A stretch of DNA of 64,000 nucleotides from Octopus sinensis (Eukaryota). The notes beneath the pieces were generated by a model. The model had not been told where the DNA came from. It searched no databases and worked only from the letters and a program-made list of their open reading frames with translations. A program made the translations under genes and the position numbers. Shown one piece after another: positions 1 to 12,210 of the stretch; the first letter of the stretch is position 1, and each line of letters starts with the position of its first letter. Location: positions 30,814,001 to 30,878,000 of the forward strand of contig NC_042997.1 of NCBI RefSeq assembly GCF_006345805.1. The letters are read 5' to 3'.

Positions 1-119
1 GTCGTAAGACGCCTGCTGTTTTTGTCCTGCTTACCATTCTTGTTTTTTATTTCTATTTTTTGTTTCTTGTATTTATATCCGTGTGGCACCCTGTCTTTGT
101 TTCGTATACATTCGATCCT

Positions 120-330
120 CTTTCCAAGAAATCTAATGCCTGTGACTTAGTTTTTCATTGGGGCTGGCCGGTTCAGAGTGATATCGAGATTAAACAGCCG
201 AAATTGCTAAGATGATCCGGTTCCGACAGAAGATTAGAGGCTTTGAGTGACCCGTCTGTTTTTTTATGTGTCGTCTCTTTGTGTGTTTTTGCGTTCTTGT
301 CCCACTTTGTAATTTATATTTTATATTTAA
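120..330 (+). repeat. Unclassified dispersed repeat (second copy at about 16030-16200)
   Basis: ggctggcc...cagccgaaattgc...gatgatccggttc...gaagattagaggc is shared by both copies. Confidence 0.7.
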
Positions 331-339
331 TTTCTATAC

Positions 340-372
<33 letters not shown>

Positions 373-508
373 TACATATATATATGCATACACATATCTA
401 TACTTTTATATGTTTCTTGCGCTTTGCTTCATTTTTGCTTTAAAGAATCTAAAATGTCTCCATTTCATTCCTTGGTTCATTCAACATCTGGTGACATTAG
501 ATTTTCAG

Positions 509-874
509 GAACCTCATGATAATGCAGAACCACTATATGCGGAACCAAAACCATTATTACCACGACAAAAAATTACACCAAGACTAAAAATTCCACCAGG
601 ACTAAAAATTCCACCAGGACCAAATTCACCAGGATCAAATTCACCAGTGCCAAATTCGCCAGGACCAAATTCACCAGTGCCAAATTCACCAGGACCAAAT
701 TCACCAGGACCAAAATCACCAGTACCAAAATCAGCTATACGATTTCCACCTGTCCCACCACCACCGCCACCACCACCACCATTGCCTCAAAACCACATTG
801 CTTCAAAGACAGGACAGTTTCATTCTGTGAAAGAGCTGAAGCATTTCCCAGTACCAAATCTCAACAAGAGTTTG
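509..874 (+). CDS. Formin-like gene, internal exon A (SP-repeat region, FH1 polyproline, start of FH2 lasso)
   Basis: ttttcag|GAA acceptor and TTG|gtaagt donor, phase 0/0. Encodes EPHDNAEPLYAEP...(PNSPG/V)n...PPVPPPPPPPPPLP...KELKHFPVPNLNKSL. Confidence 0.85.
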
Positions 875-1084
875 GTAAGTCACTTATTATTACAGTTAGT
901 TAAATGGTTGGTTAGTTAATGAATTAAGCAACAAGACATATAATGATGAAAATTTCTAGGTAATAAAGTGAAATATTGATACTCATGCACACACATGCCC
1001 AGGTATGTTCGTGTATAAGTATGTATATGTTTATGTGTGCATTGGGTGGGGTGGGGCTTATGGATTATTTGAAGTGGTGTACAA

Positions 1085-1498
1085 AGGAGTGGCTGTGTGG
1101 TAAGTAGCTTGCTTACCAACCACATGGTTCCGGGTTCAGTCCCACTGCGTGGCACCTTGGGCAAGTGTCTTCTGCTATAGCCTCGGGCCGACCAATGCCT
1201 TGTGAGTGGATTTGGTAGACGGAAACTGAAAGAAGCCTGTCGTATATATGTATATATATATATATATGTGTGTATGTGTGTGTGTTTGTGTATCTGTGTT
1301 TGTCCCCCTAGCATTACTTGACAACCGATGCTGGTGTGTTTATGTCCCCGTCACTTAGCGGTTCAGCAAAAGAGACCGATAGAATAAGTACTGGGCTTAC
1401 AAAAGAATAAGTCCCGGGGTCGAGTTGCTTGATTAAAGGCGGTGCTCCAGCATGGCCGCAGTCAAATGACTGAAACAAGTAAAAGAGAGTAAAAGAGT
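1085..1498 (+). mobile_element. SINE family A (tRNA-derived head, CORE-like ccttgggcaag, microsatellite linker, tail ending aaaagag)
   Basis: A box TGGCTGTGTGG, B box GGTTCAGTCCC; more than 12 copies in the window. Confidence 0.85.
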
Positions 1499-1639
1499 AT
1501 ACTAACTAAAATTTGGGATAATTATGTATTAGCGCATTTGTCTTCTTCACTTCTGAAACTTGTCAGATATTTTCAGAAAATTTTTTAAACGTACATACAT
1601 ACATGCATATGTGCATATGTATGTGTGTATATATATATA

Positions 1640-2800
1640 TCATCATCATCATCGTTTAATGTCTGCTTTCCATGCTAGCATGGTTTGGATGATTTGACTG
1701 AGGGCTGGCGAACCAGATGGCTGCACCAGGCTCCCATCTAATCTGGCAGAGTTTCTACAGCTGGATGCCCTTCCTAACGCCTACCATTCTGAGAGCGTAG
1801 CGGGTGCTTTTACATGCCACCAGCACAAGGGCCAGTCAGGCGGTACTGGCAATGGCCAAGCTCAAATGGTGCTTGTTATGTGCCACCTGCACAGGAGCCA
1901 GTCTAGCGGCACTGGCAATGACCCTGCTTGAATGATTTTTTCACGTGCCAGTAAGGCAACACTGGTAATGATCACACTCGAATGGTACTTCTTACATGCC
2001 ACTGGCATGGAAACCAGTTAGCTGCTCTGGCAACGATCACATTTGGATGGTGCTCTTAGCGCTTGACTAGCATGGATGCTAGTCATTGAATTTGATTTTG
2101 ATTTTGATTTCACTTACCTCAACAGGTCTTCGCAAGCAGAGTTTAGTGTCCAGTGAAGGAAAGGCACGTATAAGTGGGCTGGTTACACCCCTGGCATAGG
2201 CCACGAGGTTATGGTCTCACTTGGCTTGCCAGGTCTTCTCAAGCACAGCATATTTCCAAAGGTCTCGGTCACTAGTCATTGCTTCGGTGAGGCCTAATGT
2301 TCAAAGGTCATGCTTCACCACCTCATCCCAGGTCTTCCTGGGTCTACCTCATCCACAGGTTCCTTCCACAGTTAGGAAGTGGCACTTCCTCATGCAGCTG
2401 TCCTCATCCATATGTAATACATGACCATACCAGTACAGTTGTCTGTCTTTCACACCACATTTGAGGCTTCTTAGGTCCAACTTTTCTCTCAAGGTACTTA
2501 CACTCTGTTGAGTATGCTCACTGGCATTACACATCCATTGGAGCATACTGGCTTCATTCTTTGCAAGCTTATGCATGTCCACAGTAGTCATGGCTCATGT
2601 TTCACTGCCATGTAACATGGCTGTTTGTACACATGCGTCATACAGTCTACCTTTTACTCTGAGTGAGAGGCCCTTTGTCACCAGCAGAGGTAAGAGCTCT
2701 CTGAACTTTGCCCTGGCCATTCTTATTCTAGCAGCTACACTTCTTCCATGAAAAGATAGCTTAAACTGTGCTCTAAATGGAGGTGTAGTCAAATCCTATT
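1640..2800 (-). mobile_element. RTE-clade LINE 3' end (ORF C-terminus, 3' UTR, (GAT)n tail)
   Basis: Minus-strand KGRLYDACVQTAMLHGSET...LYWYGHVLHM is contiguous with the common catcatcatcgtttaa tail, which identifies that tail family as RTE 3' ends. Confidence 0.8.
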
Positions 2801-2887
2801 TTATGGACTCAACCATGTTCTAAAATAAGTCGAAAGGTAAGCTACTATAAATTGGCATGAACTTTCCGGTCAACACAATATATAAAT

Positions 2888-3295
2888 ATCATCATCATCA
2901 TCATCATCATCGTTTAGCGTCCGTTTTCCATGCTAGCATGGGTTGGACAGTTCTACTGGGGTCTGTGAAGCCAGAAGGCTTCATCAGGCCCAGTCAAATC
3001 TGGCAGTGTTTCTACGGCTGGATGCCCTTCCTAACGCCAACCACTCCGTGAGTGTAGTGGGTGCTTTTTACGTGCCACCCGCACAGGTGCCAGACAGAGC
3101 TGGCAAACGGCCACGAACGGATGGTGCTTTTTATGTGCCACTGGCACGAGGGCCAGGCGAGGCTGGCAACGGACACGAACGGATGGTGCTTTTTACGTGC
3201 CACCGGCACGAGGCCAGTCGGGGCGGCGCTGGCAACGGTCGCGAAACGGAAGGTTCTCTTACATGCCACCGGCACTGGTAACACATCTGCAATTT
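2888..3295 (-). mobile_element. RTE 3'-end copy
   Basis: (CAT)n-gtttagcgtccgttttccatgctagcatggg...ggatgcccttcctaacg plus approximately 60-bp internal repeats. Confidence 0.75.
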
Positions 3296-3298
3296 CCA

Positions 3299-3339
<41 letters not shown>

Positions 3340-3670
3340 TATGTATATATGTATGTATGTACTATGTATGTATGTATGTATGTATGTATACATACACACT
3401 TCGATATATAAAGTTCAATTTTGGATTTCGTTTCCAAGATTTGGGAATTCATGTGTTGAAGCATGTTTTGTTGTGTCTGGTTAGAGCCATTCTCTTTTAG
3501 TACCTTATTATTTAACATACCAATAAAATTACCATTTATTTACTTATTCATTTCTACCTAAAATGTTCAATAGTCGTTAACTCTGTCTGTTATCTGAGCT
3601 GTTATTTTTATTTATTTGTGCACATGTGTGTGTGGGCCACTGTGTGTGTGCTTGCACATATATATGTATG

Positions 3671-4271
3671 TATGTACATTATTTATATTATTTACATTTG
3701 ATGGATATTTGTCCTAATCTTGTTTGTTGTTAACACGTTTTGGCTGATATACTCTCCAGCCTTCTTCAGATATCCTGGGGAAATTTCGAACCTGGGGTCT
3801 CACTCCTAAGGTATTTTTCGATGCTATTATTATTATTATCATTATTATTATTATTAATATTATTATTATTATTATTATTACTATTATTATTACTATTATT
3901 ATTGTTATTGTTATTATTATTATTCAGGTTACTGCCTGGAATTGAACTCAGAATCTTGGAGTTAGTAGCTCGTGCTCTTAACCACTACGCCATATGCCTG
4001 GGCTTATGGCATAGTGGTTAAGAGCACGGGCTACTAACCCCTAGGTTCTGAGTTTGATTCCAGGCAGTGACCTGAATAATAATAATAATCATAATAATAA
4101 TAACAACATTGAAAAGTACTTTAGGAACGAGAACTCAGGTTCAACATTTCCCCAGGACACCTAAAGAAGGCTGGATAGTATATCAGCCGAAACGTGTTAA
4201 CAAACAAGATGAGGACAAATACGTCAAATGTAAATAATGTACATAATTCCTCATCTCTCAAATATAGAACT
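3671..4271. mobile_element. Head-to-head inverted dimer of a tRNA-headed SINE-like unit with an HHR-like 3' region
   Basis: Arms 3671-3998 and 4001-4244 are reverse complements. Pol III A box TGGCGTAGTGG and B box GAGTTCAATTCC, then (AAT)n, then CT(G/A)AAGA-A-GGCTG/CAGCC-(G/A)AAAC. Confidence 0.75.
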
Positions 4272-4485
4272 GCATTATGTATGTATGCAAGCGTGTAAGT
4301 ATGTGTATGCATGTATGTGTGTGTGTGCATATGTATATATGTATGTGTGTACGTTTGTACATATGTATTCTGCATATTCATGTGCTTGTGTGTTTTTATG
4401 TGTGTGTTTGTGTGTGCATGTGTGTGTCTCCATGTGTGTGCATGTTTGAGCATGTCTGTGTATGGGTTTTTGTGACTGTGTACTA

Positions 4486-4742
4486 TCATCATCATCATCG
4501 TTTAACGTCCGCTTTCCATGCTAGCATGGGTTGGACGATTTGACTGAGGGGCTGGTGAACCAGATGGCTGCACCAGACTCCAATCTTGATCTGGCAGAGT
4601 TTCTACAGCTGGATGCCCTTCCTAACACCACCCACTCCGAGAGTGTAGTGGGTGCTTTTACGTGCCACCAGCACAAGGGCCAGCCAGTCAGGCGGTACTG
4701 GCAACGGCCACGCCCAAATGATGTTTTTTATGTGCCACCTGC
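4486..4742 (-). mobile_element. RTE 3'-end copy
   Basis: Same tail consensus. Confidence 0.75.
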
Positions 4743-6554
4743 ACTATGTCTGTATTTATGGATGTGTGTCTCCGTATGTATCCTTGTGTGAAGTGAAGTG
4801 TGTGCGTGTATGGTCACATGTTTCAGTTTTCATTTGCATATGTATGTGTGTATGTGTGCTTGACTGTTCATGTTACCTGTGTACCTCTCCATCTGTATAA
4901 CTATCTGTTTACATTCATATCTATTTACCTACATACATATGCATTATATTATTGAGTATCATTCAAGATTAATGCTAATTGGTAGGATCATTAGAACACT
5001 GAATTAAATGTTTTGCAATATTCAGTTCTTTTTAAGGCAATGAGCTGCAAAATCGTTACCATGACAGGAAAAATACTCTGTGGCATTTCTTCCGACTTCA
5101 CTTTCTGAGTTCAAATGCTGCTAGGGTCAACTTAACCTTTCTTCCTTTTGGAGTCAATGTAATTGAATTAATCCCTCCCCAGAAATTGCTGGCCTTGTGC
5201 CAAAATTAGAAAGCAGTATTCAGTTCTCTCTCTCTCTCTCTCTCTCAAACTGGTTTTGGTTGGGCCTGGAAAGGGTTGGGCTGAATCAGGTTTAAATATG
5301 CTTAAAGCACAGTGTGATGGTGGTGCTTTTATGATTCTGTCAGGTGTTGAAAGGGCAATACAAAAGAAGTTTGGGTATATTGTTTGACCAGAATGTGAGA
5401 AATGCACAGACTTAGGTCACACACAACTCTGTGCATTTTTGATTTTGTCTGAGCCTCTTGGCACAATCTACAGATGTTTTATTCCATATACATGCGATGT
5501 CACATAAAAGCACTTGTGCGGTGCCATGTAAAAGCATCCAGCACACTCTGTATAGAGGTTGACATTAGGAAGGGCATCCAGCCATAGAAACCATGTATCT
5601 GTCTTAAGAACCTAACACACAACCTGGTTTGGGAATCAAACTCAGTACCCCTTGATAATGAGCCTGGCACTCTAACCACTGAGTCATGCACGTTCCATAA
5701 TATTTCCAACATTTTCTGACTTTACTATAAAATAAAAGACCCACTTGAAAAACCTCACCTGTCTCTCCTTCTCTTATCACCTATACTCTTTCTTGCCACA
5801 CTAATTATTAAACCAAATACTTCTTACCAAGAATGTCAACTTTTTAGAGGAATTTCAACCATGTTTCGTGGTCTGCTCCCACAACAGCTCCTTTATAGGA
5901 TCCAGTTAGCTTAAGACATCATCAGGAGGAACCACATCCAGTTTCGGCCCCTACTCCTCTACCGTTTTGACATGGCGCCCCCCCACCCTTCGGAGGTATC
6001 TTCAGCTCTGGTGTTGGGTGCATGTCTTCTTTCTTCTTCTCTCTTCTGTTCCCTGGCCTCTTCGATGTAGCATCAACGAGTGTCAGCGGGCGACTGACTG
6101 CCTTGTCAAATTTCCCTTTAAATACTTGCTGCTAGGCTCCAGCAGGCAGCCCCAGCAAGTTGTCATGTGACATTGTCTCAATATTAACTGACCAATGATG
6201 GCATGTAGTCTTAGCCCACGCATTCTCTAAACGACCGTCACTTGTCAATCAGCGAAGCTAATTCAGTGTCAACTTGTCTCACCTAGTGATGTATTTTTCT
6301 TGCAAACATTAACATATAAGCAGAACATCACCCATATCAATTTCATTACTCCTAGAAGGCCTGAGAAAATTTGGGGGTTACTGTCTCTTCCTTCTGATTA
6401 AATCTTAAACAAAACTGAAAAAAATTCTTATCCATTTAATACTTCAACAACCATAATTACTCTTGAGTTCTGTGAAATAATTAATCTTTTTTTTTATTTT
6501 TGCATGTCTTCTTCTCTTGTTAAATTCTTTGCTGTGATGTTTATCTACTTAAAG

Positions 6555-6678
6555 CTGAATACATCAGTCTGGCAAAACCTACCAGATCTAACACCAAATT
6601 TAAAATTTAAATTACTGGAAGAAAAATTTGCTGTTAAAGAGAAAGGAAAAACCAAAACAGCAGTAACAACTAATACCG
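6555..6678 (+). CDS. Formin-like exon B (FH2 lasso/linker)
   Basis: ttaaag|CTG acceptor and G|gtaaaa donor, phase 0/1. LNTSVWQNLPDLTPNLKFKLLEEKFAVKEK resembles the FH2 TVW...LEELF motif. Confidence 0.85.
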
Positions 6679-6841
6679 GTAAAATATTTGTTTATTTATT
6701 TAATTATTTATCAAATTTACTTGAGGGTAACCTGTATCTTATGATGTCAAACAAGTAGCCAGAAATTTGGTATTTCATTCATATCTGTCAGTTGTGCTGT
6801 ATTGTGTCTTTTGCCAAAACAACACTAAAAAAAAACTGTAT

Positions 6842-7265
6842 AGGCGCAGGAGTGGCTGTGTGGTAAGTAGCTTGCTAACCAACCACATGGTTCCAGGTTC
6901 AGTCCCACTGCGTGGCATCTTGGGCAAGTGTCTTCTGCTATAGCCCCGGGCCGACCAATGCCTTGTGAGTGGATTTGGTAGACGGAAACTGAAAGAAGCC
7001 TGTCGTATATATGTATATATATATATATATATGTGTGTATGTGTCTGTGTTTGTGCATCTGTGTTTGTCCCCCTAGCATTGCTTGACAACCGATGCTGGT
7101 GTGTTTATGTCCCTGTCACTTAGCGGTTCGGCAAAAGAGACCGATAGAATAAGTACTGGGCTTACAAAGAATAAGTCCCGGGGTCGATTTGCTCCTCGAC
7201 TAAAGGCGGTGCTCCAGCATGGCCGCAGTCAAATGACTGAAACAAGTAAAAGAGAGAAAAGAGAG
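6842..7265 (+). mobile_element. SINE family A
   Basis: Full-length match to the family consensus. Confidence 0.85.
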
Positions 7266-7930
7266 TATCAACATAACTGTAAAATGGAATCAGGCATGGT
7301 TGTTTCAATCCTGTTGTGTAGCACCTTGAGTAAATGTCTTCAGCCAAAAACTTTTAAGTGGATTTTGGTAGCCTGGAACTGTGTAGAAACCCATCAGAGG
7401 AAACACTCCTACTCCTTGATGAGTAGATTCATTCCATCACCAGTCTTAACACCACCACTTGGGTAACTTTAACAGAGTTCATTCTGTCACAAGCATTTTA
7501 GTGACATCTCTAATCTGAGTATAACATACACCCTTCCTCTTACCAATCTTGAAGGACTTGAAAGGGGCCATAGGTGCAACTCTCCCCTCTCTAACTAAAC
7601 CATGATAGAAAAGGGTACTGTTGGTTATGCAAACCAGGCTGTTTTTAAGCATTTTGTTTATTTGCATAGCTTAGTTCAATTCTGTTTGTGTTGGGGTACA
7701 GCTAAGAGAATGAAGGCTTCCATCCACTTAGCTTATGATAAAGACATTACATAGAAACTAAGTCTTCAATGGGACCTCTATGATGCAATCTATTACGAGT
7801 TTCAGTCTTACCATCATCAACCCAGCAAAATTTATAGTGGAAGTAGGTACTTTATAAAATTTAATTATCAGGTTACTAAATTGCAGAATTGGTAAAACAT
7901 TGGGCAAACTCCATTTGTTGTATTTGGTTA

Positions 7931-8329
7931 TACTCTTTTACATGTTTCAGTCATTTGACTGTGGCCATGCTGGAGCACCACCTTTAGTCGAGCAAATCAA
8001 CCCCGGGACTTTTTCTTTGTAAGCCCAGTACTTATTCTATTGGTCTCTTTTGCCGAACCGCTAAGTGACAGGGATATAAACACACCAGCATCGGTTGTCA
8101 AGCAATGTTAGGGGGACAAACACAGACACGCAAACATACACACATACACATATATATACATATATACGACGGGCTTCTTTGAGTTTCCGTCTACCAAATC
8201 CACTCACAAGGCTTTGGTTGGCCCGAGCTCTAGTTGAAGACACTTGCCCAAGATGCCACGCAATGGAACTGAACATGGAACCATGTGGTTGGTAAGCAAG
8301 CTACTTACCACACAGCCACTCCTGCGCCT
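7931..8329 (-). mobile_element. SINE family A
   Basis: Full-length, minus strand; forms an inverted pair with 6842-7265. Confidence 0.85.
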
Positions 8330-9034
8330 ATGTGAAAATTATGTGAAAATATTACCAATACCATATACTATAATGCATGTCATCATCATCATCATCATTT
8401 GACATCCATCTTCCATGCATACACGGTTAGGACAGTTGACAGGAACCAGCCTCGTAGAAGACTACCCCCATGCAACTGTGTCTGTTTGGCAGGGTTTTAA
8501 GGCTGGATGCGCTTCCTAACACCAACCACTCCAGTTCTTTAAATTCCAGAAGCTGTGATTTTTTTATCTGGAAAAAATCCCTTTAAAGATGTATTAAAGA
8601 TGTCATTGTCCTCCTCCTTCTCCACCTTTAAAAGGTAACGTGCAAATATGGGACCAGTTGTGATAGTAGAACAACAAAATTTTCTGAATAGGGACTAAAT
8701 TGGGGAAGATAATGTAACAGTTGGTTTTGGCTGCAGCAAATACATCATCAAAGTTAGGCATGTCAACTCAAGGTGGTCACATTAATACAACTCTCTCTTT
8801 ACTCTTTTACTCTTTTACTTGTTTCAGTCATTTGACCATGGCCATGCTGGAGCACTGCCTTTAGTTGAGCAAATCGACCCCAGGACTTATTCTTTGTAAG
8901 CCTAGTACTTATTATATACGGTATCTTTTGCTGAACTGTTAAGTTACGGGGACGTAAACACACCAGCATCAGTTGTCAAGCGATGATGGGGGACAAAAAC
9001 AGACACACAAACATATACACACACATATATATAA

Positions 9035-9950
9035 ATAGGTGAATGAATTATCCTATGTTTATCGTCAGCATGGAAAATTCGTTGAACCGAAACCAGGGTA
9101 GCAAATTCACGTCAGAAACACGGTTGAAGCGACCTGTCCAAGGGTAGAAACTTCGGGTTCATGTGCAGAAATTTGTGTGTTGTATATGAATAAATGAAAG
9201 AATGGAGTCGAACGAAGATGTTAACAAAATTCCTTTACTCTCGACATATGTTTTGAAGACAACGTGGTTTCATTCCAAAGGAATAAAGGGTGCATTATGC
9301 AATCTTTTCATCAGGAAAGAAAGGGAACCTCTCTCGACAACAAGACAAACAAAAATTTCGATGACTGCCTACATGGTAAACAAAACGATAATGAGTGTTT
9401 TTAAAAAAACCGTTAGAAGACTTGACGTCAAAGTTAGATAGTAGGAAGAGAAGGGTTAAAGGAATAATAGGTAGGGAACAAGTGGAGAGGGAAGGGTACG
9501 TTGATTGAAAGAATGTTCGAAGGCTTAGGAAAGAATTTCGCTATTGAAGTGGAGTGCACGTTAAGCTAATTGTTCAAACCACAGTGACTATCGTTATCAT
9601 TTATATGAATAAAACGTATCAATCAACATACCCTTCCCTTCTCCACTTGTTCCCTACCTATTATTCCTTTAACCCTTCTCTTCCTACTATCTAACTTTGA
9701 CGTCAATTCTTCTAATGATTTTTTTTAAAAACACTCATTATCGTTTGTTTACCATGTAGGCAGTCATCGAAATTTTTGTTTGTCTTGTTGTTGAGAGAGG
9801 CTCCCTTTATTTCCTGATGAGAAGATTGCATAATGCACCCTTTATTCCTTTGGAATGAAACCATGTTGTCTTCGAAACATATGTCGAGAGTAAAGGAATT
9901 TTGTTAACATCTTCGTTCGACTCCATTCTTTCATTTATTCATATACAACA
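9035..9950. mobile_element. Penelope-like non-coding element with inverted pLTR-type arms
   Basis: Arms 9178-9508 and 9619-9950 are inverted, with an HHR motif in each. The left arm has about 140 extra bp. Inserted in the microsatellite linker of a SINE. Confidence 0.7.
9803..9896 (+). ncRNA. Type-I hammerhead ribozyme motif, intact core
   Basis: CTGATGA at 9814-9820; helix II GAAGA/TCTTC; GAAA at 9874-9877; helix III AC-ATAT-GT; cleavage triplet GTC ending 9885; helix I CCTTTATTTC/GAGAGTAAAGG (10 bp, 1 bulge). Confidence 0.8.
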
Positions 9951-10030
9951 CACACACACACAACACACACACACACACACACCACACACACACACATATA
10001 TATATATATTATATATATATATATATATAA

Positions 10031-10062
<32 letters not shown>

Positions 10063-10793
10063 CATATATATGACGGGCTTCTTTCAGTTTCCATCTACCA
10101 AATCAACTCACAAGGCTTTGGTCAGCCCGAGGCTATAGTAGAAGACACTTGCCCAAGGTGCCATCCAGTGGGAATGAACCCAGAACCACGTGGTTGGTAA
10201 GCAAGCTACTTACCACACAGCCACTCCTTAGCAAAAATGAAATCTCCTTATAGACCTTGCCATTTGCAACCGAGTAATGTACATGGTACTTGGAAAAATG
10301 TAAAAATTTATGTAGCAACAAACAGCTGATGGAAGTGATATACCAAACTATGTCATATTTCATACTGCCGATTAATAAAAAAAATGCAATGTTTAGGTTT
10401 GCTATATACATCTATGGAGAGGCCATATACTTAGTTGTGCTGTTACACTGAAACTCAGTTTGTCATACACTAATAGTACAATATAAAGTAATTAAATGCA
10501 ACATCAAAAGCCAGGAGGCTCATGGACCTATTAACATAACTTATATGTTCATTCTACTGGGAGCCCACTCTGCTGGATGGTTGGCATTAGGAAGGGCATC
10601 CCACTGTAAAATCCTGCCAAAACAGACAGAAGTCTGGTGCAGGCTTCTACCTGGCCGGTTCCTGTCAAACCGTCCTACCCATGCCGGCATGGAAGGCGTA
10701 TATTAAATGATGTTGATAATGATGGTTAATGGATGTGTGCACCCTGTCTTCAGCACAGTACCCAGGCTATATATAATGTAGCACACAGATACA

Positions 10794-11200
10794 AGGCGCA
10801 GGAGTGGCTGTGTGGTAAGTAGCTTGTTTACGAACCACATGGTTCCGGGTTCAGTCCCACTGCATGGCACCTTGGGCAAGTGTCTTCTACTATAGCCTCG
10901 CGCCGACCAAAGCCTTGTGAGTTGATTTGGTAGACGGAAACTGAAAGAAGCCCGTCGTATATATGTATATATATGTATGTGCGTGTATGTTTGTGTGTCT
11001 GTGTTTGTCCCCCCAACATCGCTTGATAACCGATGCTGGTGTGTTTATGTCTCCGTCACTTTGCGGTTCGGCAAAAGAAACCTTTAGAATAAGTACTGGG
11101 CTTACAAAAGAATAAGTCCCGGGGTTGAGTTGCTCGATTAAAGGCGGTGCACCAGCATGGCCACAGTCAAATGACTGAAACAAGTAAAAAGAGAAAGAGA
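10794..11200 (+). mobile_element. SINE family A
   Basis: Full-length. Confidence 0.85.
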
Positions 11201-11324
11201 AAGAGATATATATAATACAAATTGTAAAAACATTTTTTTCTACTTTGTGTAATTGTTCTTTCATTTCCGTCTCTTTTGAATATATAGTAAACAGAATATT
11301 ATTTATTCCATTCATAAAATATGT

Positions 11325-11712
11325 GGGAAGCACTCCGTCGGTTCCGACGACGAGAGTTCCGGTTGATCCGAATCAACGGAACATCCTGCTCGTGAAATTA
11401 ACGTGTAAGTGGCTGAGCACTCCACAGACACGTGTACCCTTAACGCAGTTCTCGGGGATATTCAGCGTGACACAGAGAGTGACAAGGCCGGCCCCTTGAA
11501 ATACAGGTACAACAGAAACAGGAAGTAAGAGTGAGAGAAAGTTGTGGTGAGAGAGTACAGCAGGGATCACCACCATCCCCTGCCGGAACCTTGTGGAGCT
11601 TTTAGGTGTTTTCGCTCAATAAACACTCACAACGCCCGGTCTGTGAATCGAAACCGTGATCCTACGACCGCGAGTCCGCTGCCCTAACCACTGGGCCATT
11701 GCACCTCCACAA
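11325..11712 (-). mobile_element. SINE family B (tRNA-Arg-like head)
   Basis: Minus-strand ggagg(t/c)gcaatggcccagtggttagggcagcggactcgcggtcgtaggatc...ggagtgcttcc. Confidence 0.85.
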
Positions 11713-11842
11713 ACAGGTCATGTACTAGTGAAGATAACAGTGATGACTAAAGATAGTTGGTGATGAGAGTGACAATAATAATGACTAAATTTTCGTCTCG
11801 CATTCAATAGTTTTACACTTGACCTGTATATACCTTCTTAGT

Positions 11843-12210
11843 GGAGGCGCAATGGCCCAGTGGTTAGGGCAGCGGACTTGCGGTTTCAACTCCCAAACCG
11901 GGCGTTGTGAGTGTTTATTGAGTGAAAACACCTAAAGCTCCCCCAGGCTCCGGCAGGGGATGGTGGTGATCCCTGCTGTACTCTTTCACCACAACTTTCT
12001 CTTACTCTTACTTCCTATTTCTGTTGTACCTGTATTTCAAAGGGCCGGCCTTGTCACTCTCTGTGTCACGCTGAATATCCCCGAGAACTACGTTAAGGGT
12101 ACACGTGTCTGTGGAGTGCTCAGCCACTTACACGTTAATTTCACGAGCAGGCTGTTCCGTTGATCGGATCAATCGGAATCCTCGTCGTCGTAACCGATGG
12201 AGTGCTTCCA
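11843..12210 (+). mobile_element. SINE family B
   Basis: Full-length; head-to-head with 11325-11712. Confidence 0.85.

Larger units (their letters stand above)
8795..10228 (-). mobile_element. SINE family A split by the HHR-bearing element
   Basis: Tail half at 8795-9030 and head half at 10072-10228. Confidence 0.8.

Noticed and set aside
160-245. Type-II hammerhead in the unclassified repeat (also at 16050-16135)
   Set aside because: GAAA and a CUGAAGA-like motif occur, but the helix II and III arms are not complementary.
916-1314. Recurrent ORFs such as MLGGQTQTHKH... and MVVIPAVLFHHNF...
   Set aside because: They recur wherever SINE families A and B occur and are non-coding repeat translations.
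5852-6010. Two tandem CUGANGA...GAAAC motifs on the minus strand
   Set aside because: Helices I and II do not pair convincingly and one has G at the cleavage position. The motif frequency is compatible with chance; worth an Infernal check only.
11843-11915. tRNA gene
   Set aside because: A/B boxes are present but there is no complete cloverleaf, and each copy continues into a SINE body.
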